Source: Harriotta raleighana | Taxonomy: Eukaryota | Length of the DNA: 64,000 nucleotides | NCBI GenBank assembly: GCA_050575255.1 | Contig: JBNZDD010013326.1 | Span: 1-64,000, forward strand | Direction of reading: 5' to 3' | Part shown: positions 55,001 to 63,090 of the stretch, piece by piece | Position numbering within the stretch: position 1 is the first letter of the stretch | Layout: the number at the start of each line of letters is the position of its first letter | The notes under the pieces: generated by a model | Seen by the model: the letters and a program-made list of their open reading frames with translations, nothing else | What the model was told of the DNA's origin: nothing | The model's database searches: none | Translations under genes and position numbers: made by a program

Positions 55001-58000
55001 AACAAGCAATATGACATGGGGCATAAAGCACAGAGCACAGCCGAGGGAGTATTCTGTGAGAATTCTGCTAACGTATTTGATGAGAAATATCAGAGATACC
55101 ACAGAACAAGAGAAAAACCTTGCATTTAGCAGATGAGTGGGAAATCTTTCTTGAAGTAGAGCAATAACAACAATCCCAGAAGGCTGCAGATCCTCAGTCA
55201 TTGAACATATTCTTATGTTATTATGTTCTTTTATAACAAAATTACATTTGTAGAGAGCCTTTCATGTTGAGAGGATGTCCCAAGTCAGGGATTATGACCT
55301 GAGAACAGGGGAGGAGTCGGGGTAGGGTTGGGATGAGTAAGGGCAGTGAGGTAGGATGGAGACTGAAGGCATGGTCAAAAAGGAGGGTCTTGAGTTGGGT
55401 CTTGAATGAGGCAAGTGAGAGAACAAGGCAAAGAGATTGTGGGATGGAGTTCCAAAGAGTGGAGACAGAAAGTTTGAAATTCCAGTGGGAGACATGGAGC
55501 TGGCTGGAGCCTGCTGAATGGAGGGAGGGGCTTGAAAGTGAGGATGAATATCTTGAATTCTATCATCTGAGGGATGAGGAGCCAGTGGAGCTGAGTGAGG
55601 GTGGGGTTAATGGGGTCGTGGAACCTGGTGTGGAAGAGGACACAAGCTGCAGTTTGGGATAATCTGCAGTTTGTGGAGGGAAGAGTTGGGGAGGCCAACA
55701 AGGAGGGAGTTTCTGTAGTTCAGCCTTGAAGTGACAAATGTGTAGAAGGGTTTTAGGAGCCTGAGGAGAGAGGCAGTGATGGAGATGGGCAATGTTGAGG
55801 AGGTAGTGGAAGGTGGTGTTGGTCATGGTACAGATATGGGGAGAAATGACAGCTCAGAGTCACACAGATACCCTGGTTCCTGAGTGGCCTGGTGAGGAGG
55901 AGTGTGCATCTGTGGATGCTGATGTTGCCAATATCTGAGGTGTGGAGGCACTAGCACAAGCAAATCAGGAGGGCCTTGGTCTTGCTGACATTCAGCTGTA
56001 CAAAGTTGTCTCTCATTCAGGATTTCATGTTTGACAGGCAGTCTATCAGGCTGCAAATTATCCTGGAATCAAGGGTGGAGGCAGAATGTTTGAGTTGTGT
56101 GTCTTCTATGTGCATGTGGAAATGACCCCATGTTTGCAGATAATGTCACCAAGGGGGAGTGTAAAGAGGAGGGGACCAAGGACAAAACCCGGGGAAGACT
56201 GCACAAGACGGTGCAGAGGCTGGAAGAGAAACCACCAGCAGAGACAAATTAGAGATGGAGATAGTGTGAGAGATAAGACATGACCCAGTGAAGGTCAGAA
56301 TCTTGAAGGTTTTAGCAACCTTTAGGTCAAAGGAGATGTGGTGGAGGAGAATTGAGTGGTCGACGGTGTTGAAGGCAACTTTGTAAGGAGGCAAACAAGT
56401 CAACTGGCAGTTAATCATAGCCAGATGTTGGGGATAAATAAATTTGCTGACTAGTTGAAACTGGGTGCTTTTGTTTGAGTCCTATGTAAGGGGAAGACTT
56501 GAAAGAGTGTCACTTGAGCAGAAAGCCCAGAACATGAGGAGGGAAACTCAGTGAGGTAGAATAGAGTGAGAATTCTGTTAAGGAATTTGGTGCACAGGGG
56601 GAAAGATGTGCAAAATTTTAAAATATATAATAATCATTTTAAAATAATATAAATGTGTCTAGGAATATGGCAGGACAACTGAGACCTGGTATAGAAGGAA
56701 GTGCAGAAATCCCCTGGAGCGTGGCATTTATAAACCAGTTCTCAGTCCTGAATACCAGTAAGGATGAAACACCTCTGTGAAGGAAATCAAAAGCAAATGG
56801 ATGTACAGAGAAGAGTGGCAATGCAATTGTCATTGGGTACGCAATAGTGAAAGAAATAGTCGGGCAGTTTCTGTAACCATTGACATCTCGGGTGATATGT
56901 TGTCTCTCTGGTGCCAGGGTTGAAGTCATCACAGAACAAGTGCACAACATTCAGTGGAAAGGGGAACATCTAGAAGTCATGATCCATTTTGGGATCCATG
57001 ATGTTGGGACTAAAAGGGCTGAGTTCATACAGAGAGATTAACAGAACTGGGGAAAAAGATAAGAGAAGGACCTCAAAGGTGGTGATCACTGGATTACTCC
57101 CATGCAAGTGTATATTAAAACAGCAGGATCAGATATATGAATGCATAGCTGGAGAAATGGTGTAGAAAAGAGGACTTCAGATTCCTGGATCATTGGGACC
57201 AACTCTGGAAAATGTGGGACCAGCTCTGGGAAAGGTGGGACCTGTATAAGTGGATGGGTTGCACATGAACAGGGCTGCAACCAATGTTCTCACAGGGATG
57301 TTAACTTGTGCTAAGAGGAAGGGCTTAAAATAATTTTCAGCGTAGAAGGGAATCTGGATGTCACTTTGGAGAGGACAAACAAGTTACATAGAGTGTTGGG
57401 AGAAATGAATTGCAATGTACTGTAATAAGGACTAGTCCAGAAAAAGAAGGGATTTACGTGGGGGAAAAATGCAGAACAGACTCAGTCGATCCTGGAGTCC
57501 ATATGCATAAATATATGGAGTGTAACAATTAAGATTAGCACAGGGCATAGACAAGAAAATGAGAGCCCTGTAGGCAGTTATCCATAGCAAGTAATTGGAA
57601 TGTAACTGCATTAGCAGAAACATGGTTACAACCTGAACATAATTTTGACAATGAAATAGGGTAGGATTCGATAATTTTTGAATTGTTACTGTTGATTGCA
57701 TGTCCTGAAACCATCCTTTGCAATCCTGAACCTGAAAATTTGGCTTTGAAAATTACTCATCAACTTAAAGCAATTATCAACTTGAAGATAAACAAACATA
57801 AGGTGAGGCATACACAGAATACAGAAAAAGTGGAGTAGGTAACAGAACAATAATGCTCTTACCTTCCATATTCTTCTTTCCAAAGATTAGGATGTTCTTA
57901 GGACACAGACAAGGTTGATAATGCCACCTACTAGTACCACTTAGAGAATTAGCGCCATCAACACGATTCATTGGATGAAAGTTAAAATAATCGCAGTAAA

Positions 58001-61000
58001 CAGCTGGAATTAATGGAAAATTAACATATGAAATAGCAAGTAGTTTCTGATAAATGGATACCTTATTCTCGCAAACATTTTTTAATCAAAGATAAAAATG
58101 ATGGATAAGCTGATTCAACATGACAACCAGATGTCAATTTAAAAAGTGCTGGGAATGCTTGCACATTTATGTGTGTTTCAAAAAAAACAACAACAATTCA
58201 TTCATAGAGCGCCATTCATCTCAGGAGGACATCCTAAGAACAGTTAGGACCCAAGCATGGATAGGGAGGTAAAGGGATAGGGTGAGGGAAGGCACAAAGA
58301 TTTGGGGTGGCTGATGGCATGGTTGAAAAGAAGGGTCTTGAGACAGACCTTGAAGGAGGTAAGGGTGGGAGCAAGGAGAAGGAATTGTGGGGTGGAATTC
58401 AAAGGGTGGGGGCAGAGAGGCTGAAAGCCCAGCCACTGATGGTAGGGGATGATCGGTAGGAGACATGGAGCAGGCCATAGCCTGCTGAATGGAAGGAGCA
58501 GTCAGGTTGATAGGGGTTCAGCATGTCGGAAAGGCAGGAGGGGGACAAGGTCTTGGAGGACCTTGATAGTGAAGACAATATCTTGAATACTATCTTCTGG
58601 ACGATGGGGAACCAATGAATCCAGATAATAATGGGGTTGATGGGTTCACAGAGCCTGATGCGGAAGAGGCACAAACTGCAGAATTTGGATAATCTGCAGC
58701 CTTTGGAGGTAATAGTTGAGGACGCTGACAAGGAGTGAGTTTGTGTAGCCAAGCCGAGGTGACAAATGTGTGGGTGAAGGTTTTGGTAGCCTGATGGTTG
58801 AGGCAATGCGGAGTTGGGCAATGTTGCTGAGGTGGTGGAAAGCAGTGCTGGTCATGGCACAGATATTTGGGAGGAAGGATAGTTGAGGGTCATACAAGAT
58901 GCCCAGGTTCCTGACTGGCTTGGTGAGGTGGAGTGTGCATCCATGGATGTTGATGCTGCCGGTGTCTGAGATGCGGAGGCACTAGTGTGAACCAATCTGG
59001 AGGGCCTCAGTCTTGCTGACATCCAGCTTGTCTCTCATCAATGACTTGATGTCTAACAGGCTGTCTGTCAGGACACCAGTTGTTCTGGAATAGAGTGTGG
59101 AGGCAGAGAGATAGAGTTGGGTGTCATCTGCGTTCATGTGGAAATTGACCCCATGCCTGTGGATGATATATCAAGAGGAAGCATGTAGAGGGCAAAGAGG
59201 AGGGGACTGAGGAAAGAGCCCTGAAGAACATTGCACAAGACGTTTCTGTAGCTGGAAACATTAAAAAATATATAAATACTGTAAATAAACTCAAGCAAAA
59301 TATGCAAAGGACAAAATATCAAATATCAAAGACCTGTGATTTGTGGAACCTTCATAGCCACATGAACACTCCCCTCTCCTGGCACTTCCTGCAGGTAATC
59401 CCCACAGGGAGTGCAATACGTGGCTGAGTACTTCTCCACGACCAGCCAAAGCAACCTCTCTGGTCAAAGCAATCTGTGTGGCCAATGGAATGGAATATTT
59501 TCTGCAGCATTGCTTTAACAACAACCACAAAGTACACATGTATAATAACCTTAACAGTCAAGATCCCAGGTATCTTGTGTGATCCTCAACTATCTTTTCT
59601 CCTCCATATGAATGCCGTGACCTGCCCTGCTTTCACTCACCTCTGCAAAATTGCACAACTCTGCCACAACCTCACCCCTCAAGTGACTGAAACTCTCATT
59701 CATGCCTTCGTCACATCCAGGCTCAAATATGTCAACCCATAGCTTGTCAGTCTGCTAATTCCTCCTTCCATAGGCTGCAGATCATCCAGAACGCTGCAGC
59801 TCCTCTCCTGCACCAAGCTCCTCGACCCTATCAATCCTATTTGAGCTTGACTCCACCAGCATCCCATCACTCAGAGGATTAAATTCAAGATCCTGGTTCT
59901 CAATTTCAAGGCCCTCCATGGCCTTGCCCCGTCCCACTTCTGCAACCTTCTAAACCCTACTAATCTATCCGCTCCCTCCATTCAGCGGGCTGCAGCCTGC
60001 TCCACATCCCCCAACCTGCCCCACCATTGTAGGGCAAACCTTCAGCCACTCTACTCCCAATCTCTGGAACTGCATCCCACAGTCTTTCCGACTTGCCCCC
60101 TCCCTGGCCTCTTTCAAGTCCCGCCTCAAGACTCCCCTCTTCAATGGACCCATGAGCACCTCCTAATACCCCCTTCCCTCCCCACCGCTTGTCCTAAACT
60201 CAAATCTGAAGCGGTAACTCTCTAGTGCCTTGGAATATCCTCCTGACATGAAAGGTGCTATACATGTGTAAATTTGTTGCTTTTGTTGAAAGACATCCTA
60301 GGGTTGGACACTCTTTTATGGACCCAAGATGGGAGTTAGGGTCAGGAGGAGTGGAATGTAAGGTGCTTGGGGATGGGTGGGTGGCCAAAGGCATGGTTGA
60401 AGAGGTCAACAGGACTTGAAAGACGTAAGAGATGGGGTGAGATGGAAGGATTGCGGAATAGAATTCGAGTCCAACTGATTAAAATGTTAAAACAAACATA
60501 TTACTAACAGATATTAAATAATTTTACTGTGGAAACTATTCTTTTCTCTCTTATTTCATTATCTTTTCAATATATGGAAGAAAGACTTACGGCAAATGTT
60601 TGGGGCCCTCCAGTCAATGGCAATGCCTTCATCCAAGCAAGCTTTAGCATAAACAGCTATAGCATCACAGAGACATTCACAATCACCAACTAGTTCACAG
60701 CCACATCCATCTCGAACACAGTTATCATAATATGGCATCCAAAAGACCTAGGGGACAAATTAGTAAAAGAATACACCTGTATGTTTCAGAAATTCTACAT
60801 GTAGAATGTACATGTGAAGAACTATCACTGAGACACACACCACAAATACATCCTGTATGGCCTTCAGTTGTTTTCTTCCTTTCATAGTTATTTATCAATT
60901 GTTTATCGTTTATACACATCTCAATTGGCTAACAGACTCTAAAATGCTGAGAAAACGGTGATCACAGAGGGCAATGCTGGGGGGTATTTAAGAGTTAAAA

Positions 61001-61748
61001 TAAAGAGCGTGAACTCAATCCATTGCGAGATAGGGATCCAGGCAAGGAAGGACTCACCCGTTTATGACACGATTCAAAAACTTTACTGTTGATTATTGCA
61101 CACATTTTCTCAGCCCATGCCAAACGATACGGATTTTTGTCACATGGGGATGCTATTTCCATCACATCTTTGCACGTAGGATCCTCTTTCCAAGAATTTG
61201 CAAAATACAGTACATTGGAGGCTAAAGACTTGCTCTGAGTTATGTATTCATCATCCAAATTACCGTTGTAATTACCACACAGTCCACATACTGAAAACTG
61301 ATAAATACAAGAACAGTATTAACAGTGGTGCTTTATTGCAATGTCTTAGAATTCTAATTAGTTTGTAGAAGTTCACAGCTTGTGCTAAACACCCAAACTC
61401 TTCTCACAATCCAGATCATGGTGAAATAAAACAACTTACTCACCCATTCAATCTTTTTAAACAATAAACTGATTTTAAAATAATATTAATAACTCAAAAC
61501 AACAAGTGACTTGCATTTACAAGGTTATAAACTATTTTAAGGATTACAGTCATTTTAGTTACCTCTGAAATCCTGGTAATTGTGATGTAAGCATTCATAT
61601 TTTTATTCCAGATAATTATTAGTTCAAGTTTTCCAGGCATCGTAAATTCAAATTTTATATACAATGGGTTGTTGTAGACTTTGAATCTGTTTACTGCACT
61701 TTGAGGTGTTACTCTATAATGGCCATCAGTCAGTTTAATTAGATAATC
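1058..61748 (-). CDS. MUC6: MUC6-like gel-forming mucin, partial multi-exon gene (VWD3-C8-TIL/E exons followed by a microexon-encoded repeat domain); continues beyond both window edges
   Basis: Spliced translation ...IIWNKNM...[10 protein letters not shown]...NSWKE...WAEKMC...[20 protein letters not shown]...[16 protein letters not shown]...WHYQPCLCP...MEGCYNC...YFDE...CMPC resembles recalled human MUC6 ([15 protein letters not shown]) rather than MUC2/5. All introns are GT-AG with consistent phases. Confidence 0.88.
1352..1378 (-). CDS. Family B microexon, 27 nt (GRPWGHFPQ)
   Basis: ttttccag|GG ... CAAA|gtgagt; same sequence as the 17199 and 37223 copies. Confidence 0.78.
1521..1546 (-). 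pseudogene. Probably dead family C microexon copy (26 nt, frame-breaking, weak donor gtgaaa)
   Basis: Homologous to 28329-28355 but 1 nt shorter. Confidence 0.6.
2611..2634 (-). CDS. Family A microexon, 24 nt (SLPTPKTT)
   Basis: ctttctcag|GT ... ACTG|gtgagt. Confidence 0.78.
2830..6120. mobile_element. Cluster of nested decayed L2 LINE fragments in both orientations plus a SINE remnant; paralogs at ~18070-23470 and ~38170-40830
   Basis: [39 protein letters not shown] and [10 protein letters not shown]2 motifs. Confidence 0.75.
6326..6352 (-). CDS. Family B microexon, 27 nt (GRPWSYVHT)
   Basis: ctttccag|GG ... ACAA|gtgagt; one synonymous change versus the 41061 copy (GTA/GTC). Confidence 0.78.
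7344..7367 (-). CDS. Family A microexon, 24 nt (TTLPHKTI)
   Basis: ttttctcag|CC ... ATTG|gtgagt. Confidence 0.78.
7611..7637 (-). CDS. Family B microexon, 27 nt (xGPWSRIPI)
   Basis: ttttccag|AG ... ATAA|gtgagt; same sequence as the 28126 copy. Confidence 0.75.
   Translation of the reverse strand, partial: RDLGVASL
7694..8388. other. Assembly gap (695 N)
   Basis: Run of N. Confidence 0.99.
8680..8845. repeat. Degenerate ~20-bp minisatellite (GGGTAGGCTAGCTAACATGG); paralogs at 46055-46210 and 30395-30480
   Basis: Repeated ctagctaacat/taacatgggg units. Confidence 0.7.
8850..9783. mobile_element. Putative LTR-like element (TGTAA...TTACA termini); paralogs at 46216-47163 and a partial copy at 30480-30937
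   Basis: 5-bp inverted termini and a purine tract just before TG; no target-site duplication found and orientation unresolved. Confidence 0.35.
9798..10328 (+). mobile_element. 5'-truncated CR1 insertion specific to this repeat copy
   Basis: [20 protein letters not shown]; (ATTCTATG) tail; AAATC on both sides; empty sites at ~30948 and ~47174. Confidence 0.85.
10945..12855 (+). mobile_element. Decayed CR1 ORF2 (reverse transcriptase) with a second CR1 3' end nested at ~12348-12826
   Basis: [13 protein letters not shown] and [15 protein letters not shown] motifs; nested piece absent from paralog at ~33615. Confidence 0.85.
12998..13024 (-). CDS. Family B microexon, 27 nt (GIPWSPVPT)
   Basis: cttccag|GG ... 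ACAA|gtgagt. Confidence 0.78.
13441..13464 (-). CDS. Family A microexon, 24 nt (TSLTTKTS)
   Basis: ttttctcag|CC ... TCTG|gtgagt. Confidence 0.78.
13724..13750 (-). CDS. Family B microexon, 27 nt (GRPSNYVTT)
   Basis: ttttccag|GT ... ACAA|gtgagt. Confidence 0.78.
14064..14460. mobile_element. Tc1/mariner-pogo-type MITE
   Basis: TA|CAGTAAAACTTTGTTTATCC ... GGATAAACAAGGTTTTACTG|TA; 20-bp TIR with 1 mismatch; TA target duplication. Confidence 0.88.
14665..15440 (-). mobile_element. Decayed CR1; paralog at ~34600-35250
   Basis: [11 protein letters not shown] motif; CR1 tail on the minus strand. Confidence 0.75.
15531..15557 (-). CDS. Family C microexon, 27 nt (ASFPEQLPI)
   Basis: ctttctcag|CA ... 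ATAG|gtgaga; differs from the 35455 copy by one synonymous change (CCG/CCA). Confidence 0.78.
   Translation of the reverse strand, partial: QAFLNSCR
16905..16928 (-). CDS. Family A microexon, 24 nt (TSPPPKTT)
   Basis: ttttcccag|CG ... ACTG|gtgagt. Confidence 0.8.
17199..17225 (-). CDS. Family B microexon, 27 nt (GRPWGHFPQ)
   Basis: ttttccag|GG ... CAAA|gtgagt. Confidence 0.78.
17867..17890 (-). CDS. Family A microexon, 24 nt (TPPTPKRT)
   Basis: ctttctcag|CC ... ACTG|gtgagt. Confidence 0.8.
18096..20984. repeat. 1445-bp direct duplication across the single N at 19540 (likely assembly overlap artefact)
   Basis: 18096-19539 equals 19541-20984 apart from about 2 substitutions seen. Confidence 0.85.
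20420..21690 (+). mobile_element. Young 5'-truncated L2 LINE (reverse transcriptase C-terminal half to (TTG)n tail)
   Basis: [35 protein letters not shown] and [10 protein letters not shown] in a 227-aa ORF; GC-rich; absent from paralogous sites at ~3735 and ~38600. Confidence 0.9.
23683..23709 (-). CDS. Family B microexon, 27 nt (GRPWNYVHT)
   Basis: ctttccag|GG ... ACAA|gtgagt. Confidence 0.78.
24194..24208 (-). CDS. Family A microexon shortened to 15 nt (TTKSS)
   Basis: ttcctcag|CA ... TCCG|gtgagt; 9 nt shorter than paralog 41554-41577. Confidence 0.62.
24465..24491 (-). CDS. Family B microexon, 27 nt (GGPSNYTPA)
   Basis: ttttccag|GT ... GCAA|gtgagt. Confidence 0.78.
24971..24994 (-). 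CDS. Family A microexon, 24 nt (TPPRAKTT)
   Basis: ttctcag|CC ... ACTG|gtgagt. Confidence 0.78.
25696..25722 (-). CDS. Family B microexon, 27 nt (RRPWTPIHT)
   Basis: ttttacag|GG ... ACAA|gtgagt. Confidence 0.78.
26235..26261 (-). CDS. Family B microexon, 27 nt (GGPSNYIPT)
   Basis: ttttccag|GT ... ACAA|gtgagt; differs from the 42676 copy by one synonymous change (GGA/GGT). Confidence 0.78.
26365..26715 (-). mobile_element. tRNA-derived SINE remnant (possibly DeuSINE-like); paralogs at ~42810-43160, ~4880-5170 and ~39750-40030
   Basis: Minus-strand A-box-like GCTCAGTGG and B-box-like GGTTCAATTCC, followed by a conserved body and an L2-like 3' tail. Confidence 0.5.
26880..26906 (-). CDS. Family C microexon, 27 nt (ARLPEQRPK)
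   Basis: ctttctcag|CA ... AAAG|gtgaga. Confidence 0.78.
27837..27860 (-). CDS. Family A microexon, 24 nt (TISPTKTT)
   Basis: ttttctcag|CC ... ACTG|gtgagt. Confidence 0.8.
28126..28152 (-). CDS. Family B microexon, 27 nt (EGPWSRIPI)
   Basis: ttccag|AG ... ATAA|gtgagt. Confidence 0.75.
   Translation of the reverse strand, partial: RDLGVASL
28329..28355 (-). CDS. Family C microexon, 27 nt (ANIPEQWPT)
   Basis: ctttctcag|CA ... ACAG|gtgaga. Confidence 0.78.
30135..30158 (-). CDS. Family A microexon, 24 nt (xPPIPKTT); probably the same locus as 30178-30201 duplicated across the N at 30167
   Basis: Differs from the neighbouring copy by 1 nt; the implied intron is only 19 nt. Confidence 0.35.
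30178..30201 (-). CDS. Family A microexon, 24 nt (TPPTPKTT)
   Basis: ttctcag|CC ... ACTG|gtgagt. Confidence 0.75.
31565..33645 (+). mobile_element. Long decayed CR1 ORF2
   Basis: [23 protein letters not shown] and [15 protein letters not shown] motifs; TTATGTTCTTA tail. Confidence 0.88.
33788..33814 (-). CDS. Family B microexon, 27 nt (GIPWSPILS)
   Basis: ttttccag|GG ... TCAA|gtgagt. Confidence 0.78.
33990..34394. mobile_element. Tc1/mariner-pogo-type MITE, paralog of 14064-14460
   Basis: TA|CAGTAAAACCTTGTTTA ... TAAACAAGGTTTTACTG|TA. Confidence 0.88.
35455..35481 (-). CDS. Family C microexon, 27 nt (ASFPEQLPI)
   Basis: ctttcttag|CA ... ATAG|gtgaga. Confidence 0.78.
   Translation of the reverse strand, partial: QAFLNSCQ
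36928..36951 (-). CDS. Family A microexon, 24 nt (TSPPPKTT)
   Basis: ttttcccag|CG ... ACTG|gtgagt. Confidence 0.8.
37223..37249 (-). CDS. Family B microexon, 27 nt (RRPWGHFPQ)
   Basis: ttttccag|GG ... CAAA|gtgagt. Confidence 0.78.
37419..37444 (-). pseudogene. Dead family C microexon copy (26 nt, acceptor AG changed to AT)
   Basis: 1 nt shorter than the 28329 copy; ctcat instead of ctcag; donor gtgaaa. Confidence 0.7.
41061..41087 (-). CDS. Family B microexon, 27 nt (GRPWSYVHT)
   Basis: ctttccag|GG ... ACAA|gtgagt. Confidence 0.78.
41554..41577 (-). CDS. Family A microexon, 24 nt (TSLTTKSS)
   Basis: ttctcag|CC ... TCTG|gtgagt. Confidence 0.78.
42139..42165 (-). CDS. Family B microexon, 27 nt (RRPWSLIHT)
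   Basis: ttttccag|GG ... ACAA|gtgagt. Confidence 0.78.
42676..42702 (-). CDS. Family B microexon, 27 nt (GGPSNYIPT)
   Basis: ttttccag|GT ... ACAA|gtgagt. Confidence 0.78.
43324..43350 (-). CDS. Family C microexon, 27 nt (ARLPEQRPI)
   Basis: ctttctttctcag|CA ... ATAG|gtgaga. Confidence 0.78.
   Translation of the reverse strand, partial: QDYLNSGR
45580..45603 (-). CDS. Family A microexon, 24 nt (APPTHKTT), weakened donor gtgtgt
   Basis: ttctcag|CC ... ACTG|gtgtgt. Confidence 0.6.
47790..49022 (+). mobile_element. Decayed CR1 ORF2 truncated at the edge of the higher-order array
   Basis: [21 protein letters not shown]; paralog of 31565-32785. Confidence 0.85.
49750..49773 (-). CDS. Family A microexon, 24 nt (TLPTPKTT)
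   Basis: ctttctcag|CC ... ACTG|gtgagt. Confidence 0.8.
49835..50235 (-). mobile_element. L2 3' fragment inserted in the intron between the first B and A microexons
   Basis: (CAA)n tail; [18 protein letters not shown]. Confidence 0.7.
50450..50476 (-). CDS. Family B microexon, most diverged copy, 27 nt (RRPWYYNPK)
   Basis: gtttcag|GA ... AAAA|gtaagt. Confidence 0.75.
50880..51355 (+). mobile_element. L2 3' end
   Basis: [35 protein letters not shown]; (TTG)n tail. Confidence 0.85.
51420..51992 (+). mobile_element. CR1 3' end
   Basis: [20 protein letters not shown] and TRGHRFKI. Confidence 0.85.
52335..52361 (-). CDS. Unique microexon, 27 nt (EQSDVKART)
   Basis: tttttctgtag|AG ... ACAA|gtaagt, phase 1-1. 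Confidence 0.65.
52853..52879 (-). CDS. Unique microexon, 27 nt (GTPTVTRLP)
   Basis: taccag|GA ... CCAG|gtgagc, phase 1-1. Confidence 0.65.
53658..53681 (-). CDS. Unique microexon, 24 nt (GTSIIKPS)
   Basis: gttttcag|GA ... TCGG|gtaagt, phase 1-1, open. Confidence 0.7.
54475..54537 (-). CDS. MUC6: Mucin exon ([21 protein letters not shown]), 63 nt, phase 1-1
   Basis: tttaaag|GT ... TGCG|gtaagt; resembles MUC6 GCYNCxxxEYFD...CxPC. Confidence 0.9.
55230..56380 (-). mobile_element. Decayed L2
   Basis: [28 protein letters not shown] and LTQLHWL. Confidence 0.8.
56800..57680 (+). mobile_element. 5' part of a CR1-type LINE: decayed ORF1 SGNH esterase and start of the ORF2 endonuclease
   Basis: [46 protein letters not shown]; ALAETWL near 57610. 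Confidence 0.65.
57863..58003 (-). CDS. MUC6: Mucin exon ([47 protein letters not shown]), 141 nt, phase 1-1
   Basis: ttccag|CT ... GAAG|gtaag; WHYQPCLCP motif. Confidence 0.92.
58185..59250 (-). mobile_element. Decayed L2
   Basis: [19 protein letters not shown] and [26 protein letters not shown]. Confidence 0.8.
59560..60290 (+). mobile_element. Decayed L2 3' part
   Basis: [14 protein letters not shown]. Confidence 0.8.
60591..60747 (-). CDS. MUC6: Mucin exon, C8 domain ([52 protein letters not shown]), 157 nt, phase 0-1
   Basis: cctag|GTC ... TGCC|gtaagt; C8 cysteine pattern. Confidence 0.93.
61058..61297 (-). CDS. MUC6: Mucin exon, VWD3 end and C8 start ([18 protein letters not shown]...ESCHKR), 240 nt, phase 0-0
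   Basis: CGLCGN motif of VWD domains; atcag|TTT ... CGG|gtgagt. Confidence 0.93.
61563..61748 (-). CDS. MUC6: Mucin exon, VWD3 (DYLIKLTDG...[16 protein letters not shown]), 186 nt, phase 0-0
   Basis: tttcag|GATTAT ... TCAGAG|gtaac; inside ORF 61494..61823. Confidence 0.9.
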
Positions 61749-62074
61749 CTGAAAAAAGGTTGTACATCCGTATATTATGGCAGGTAATGAAACATACAGT
61801 TTAGAATATTTAATAAAAAGCACAGCTTGCAGAATTAACGACTATTGTGTTTGATACAGAGGCTTATTATAACAACAACTTGCACTTATATAGCGCCTTC
61901 TACATAGGGTAGCATCTCAGAGCACTGAAAAGTTCTCAAAACACTTAAAAATGCCTCACCCACAATTTACTGTGGAATTTGTAGGTGGACAGTATAGCCA
62001 ATTTGTACATAGCAACTTCTCACAAACAACTATTAGTGTTAGGAATCCCTTACTTTTATTTAATTTAATAAACA

Positions 62075-62732
62075 TGCAACTAAGAAGGCGTACGGCATGC
62101 TGGCGTTCATTTCAAAAGGTTTAGAGTACAAGAGTAGGGAAGTCTTCTGCAACTGTATAGGGTTTTGGTGAGACCGCACCTAGAGTATTGTGGGCAGTTT
62201 TGGTCTCTTTATTTAAAAAAGGACATACTTGCCTTAGAGGGGGTGCAGCGTAGATTCACTAGCTTAGTTCCTGGGATGAGGGGACTGACCCTTGAGGATA
62301 GGTTGAATAAACTAGGGCTGTATTCTCTAGAGTACAGAAGAATTAAGGGGGATCTTATTGAAATATATAAGATTCTTAAAGGGCTGGATAAAGTAGACAC
62401 CGAGGAATTGTTTCCCCTGGTAGGAGAATCTATAACCAGGAGTCACAGTCTTAAAATTAAGGGTCAGCCTTTTAGAACAGAGTTGAGGAAACATTTCTTC
62501 ACTCAGAGGGTAGTGAATATATCGAATTCACTACTCCAGAAGGCTGTAGATGCTCAGTCTTTGAACATTTTCAAAGCTGAGACTGATAGATTTTTGAAAA
62601 ATAGAGGGATTAGGGGATATGGGGATAGGGCAGGTAATTAGAGTTAGGGCAGAAGATCAGCCATGATCTTATTGAATGACGGGGCTCAAAGGGCCGAATG
62701 GCCTACTCCTGCTTCTAATTCTTATGTATGTT
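62075..62732 (+). mobile_element. CR1 3' end
   Basis: 158-aa ORF VRPHLEYCGQFWS...RRFT...LYSLEYRRIKGDLIE. Confidence 0.9.
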
Positions 62733-63090
62733 CAAAGAATTCCAGGTTGAAATATAGCTTAATTCCACAATTCCTGGAATACCCATGTTCAGCTTTCTCC
62801 CAGCACCTCCACTGATTAGCTTTCTGAAATGGCTGTTAAACTGAGGCATGCTAGAAAGCTGTCTTTGTTTTCATTCACTAGGGCTTGTCTGTTTAATATT
62901 GAAAGGTCACATTGTTTGTCCAAACATTGCCAAACAATTTAAAATACATCAATGTGCTTGCTGAAAAATGTTTCTTGATAGATGGAATTTCAGCTTTAAA
63001 CAGCTTTAATTCACAGCATTAAGCAAGAGCCACAAATAAATTCAGTAGCTGTAAATATAGCAGAGGTGAGTATAAAACCTAGGTATTGTA

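Noticed and set aside
59340-59530. Cys-containing short ORFs between mucin exons
   Set aside because: Exons 60591 and 58003 already join in phase to give the expected CPVYC; no mucin motif or convincing splice sites.
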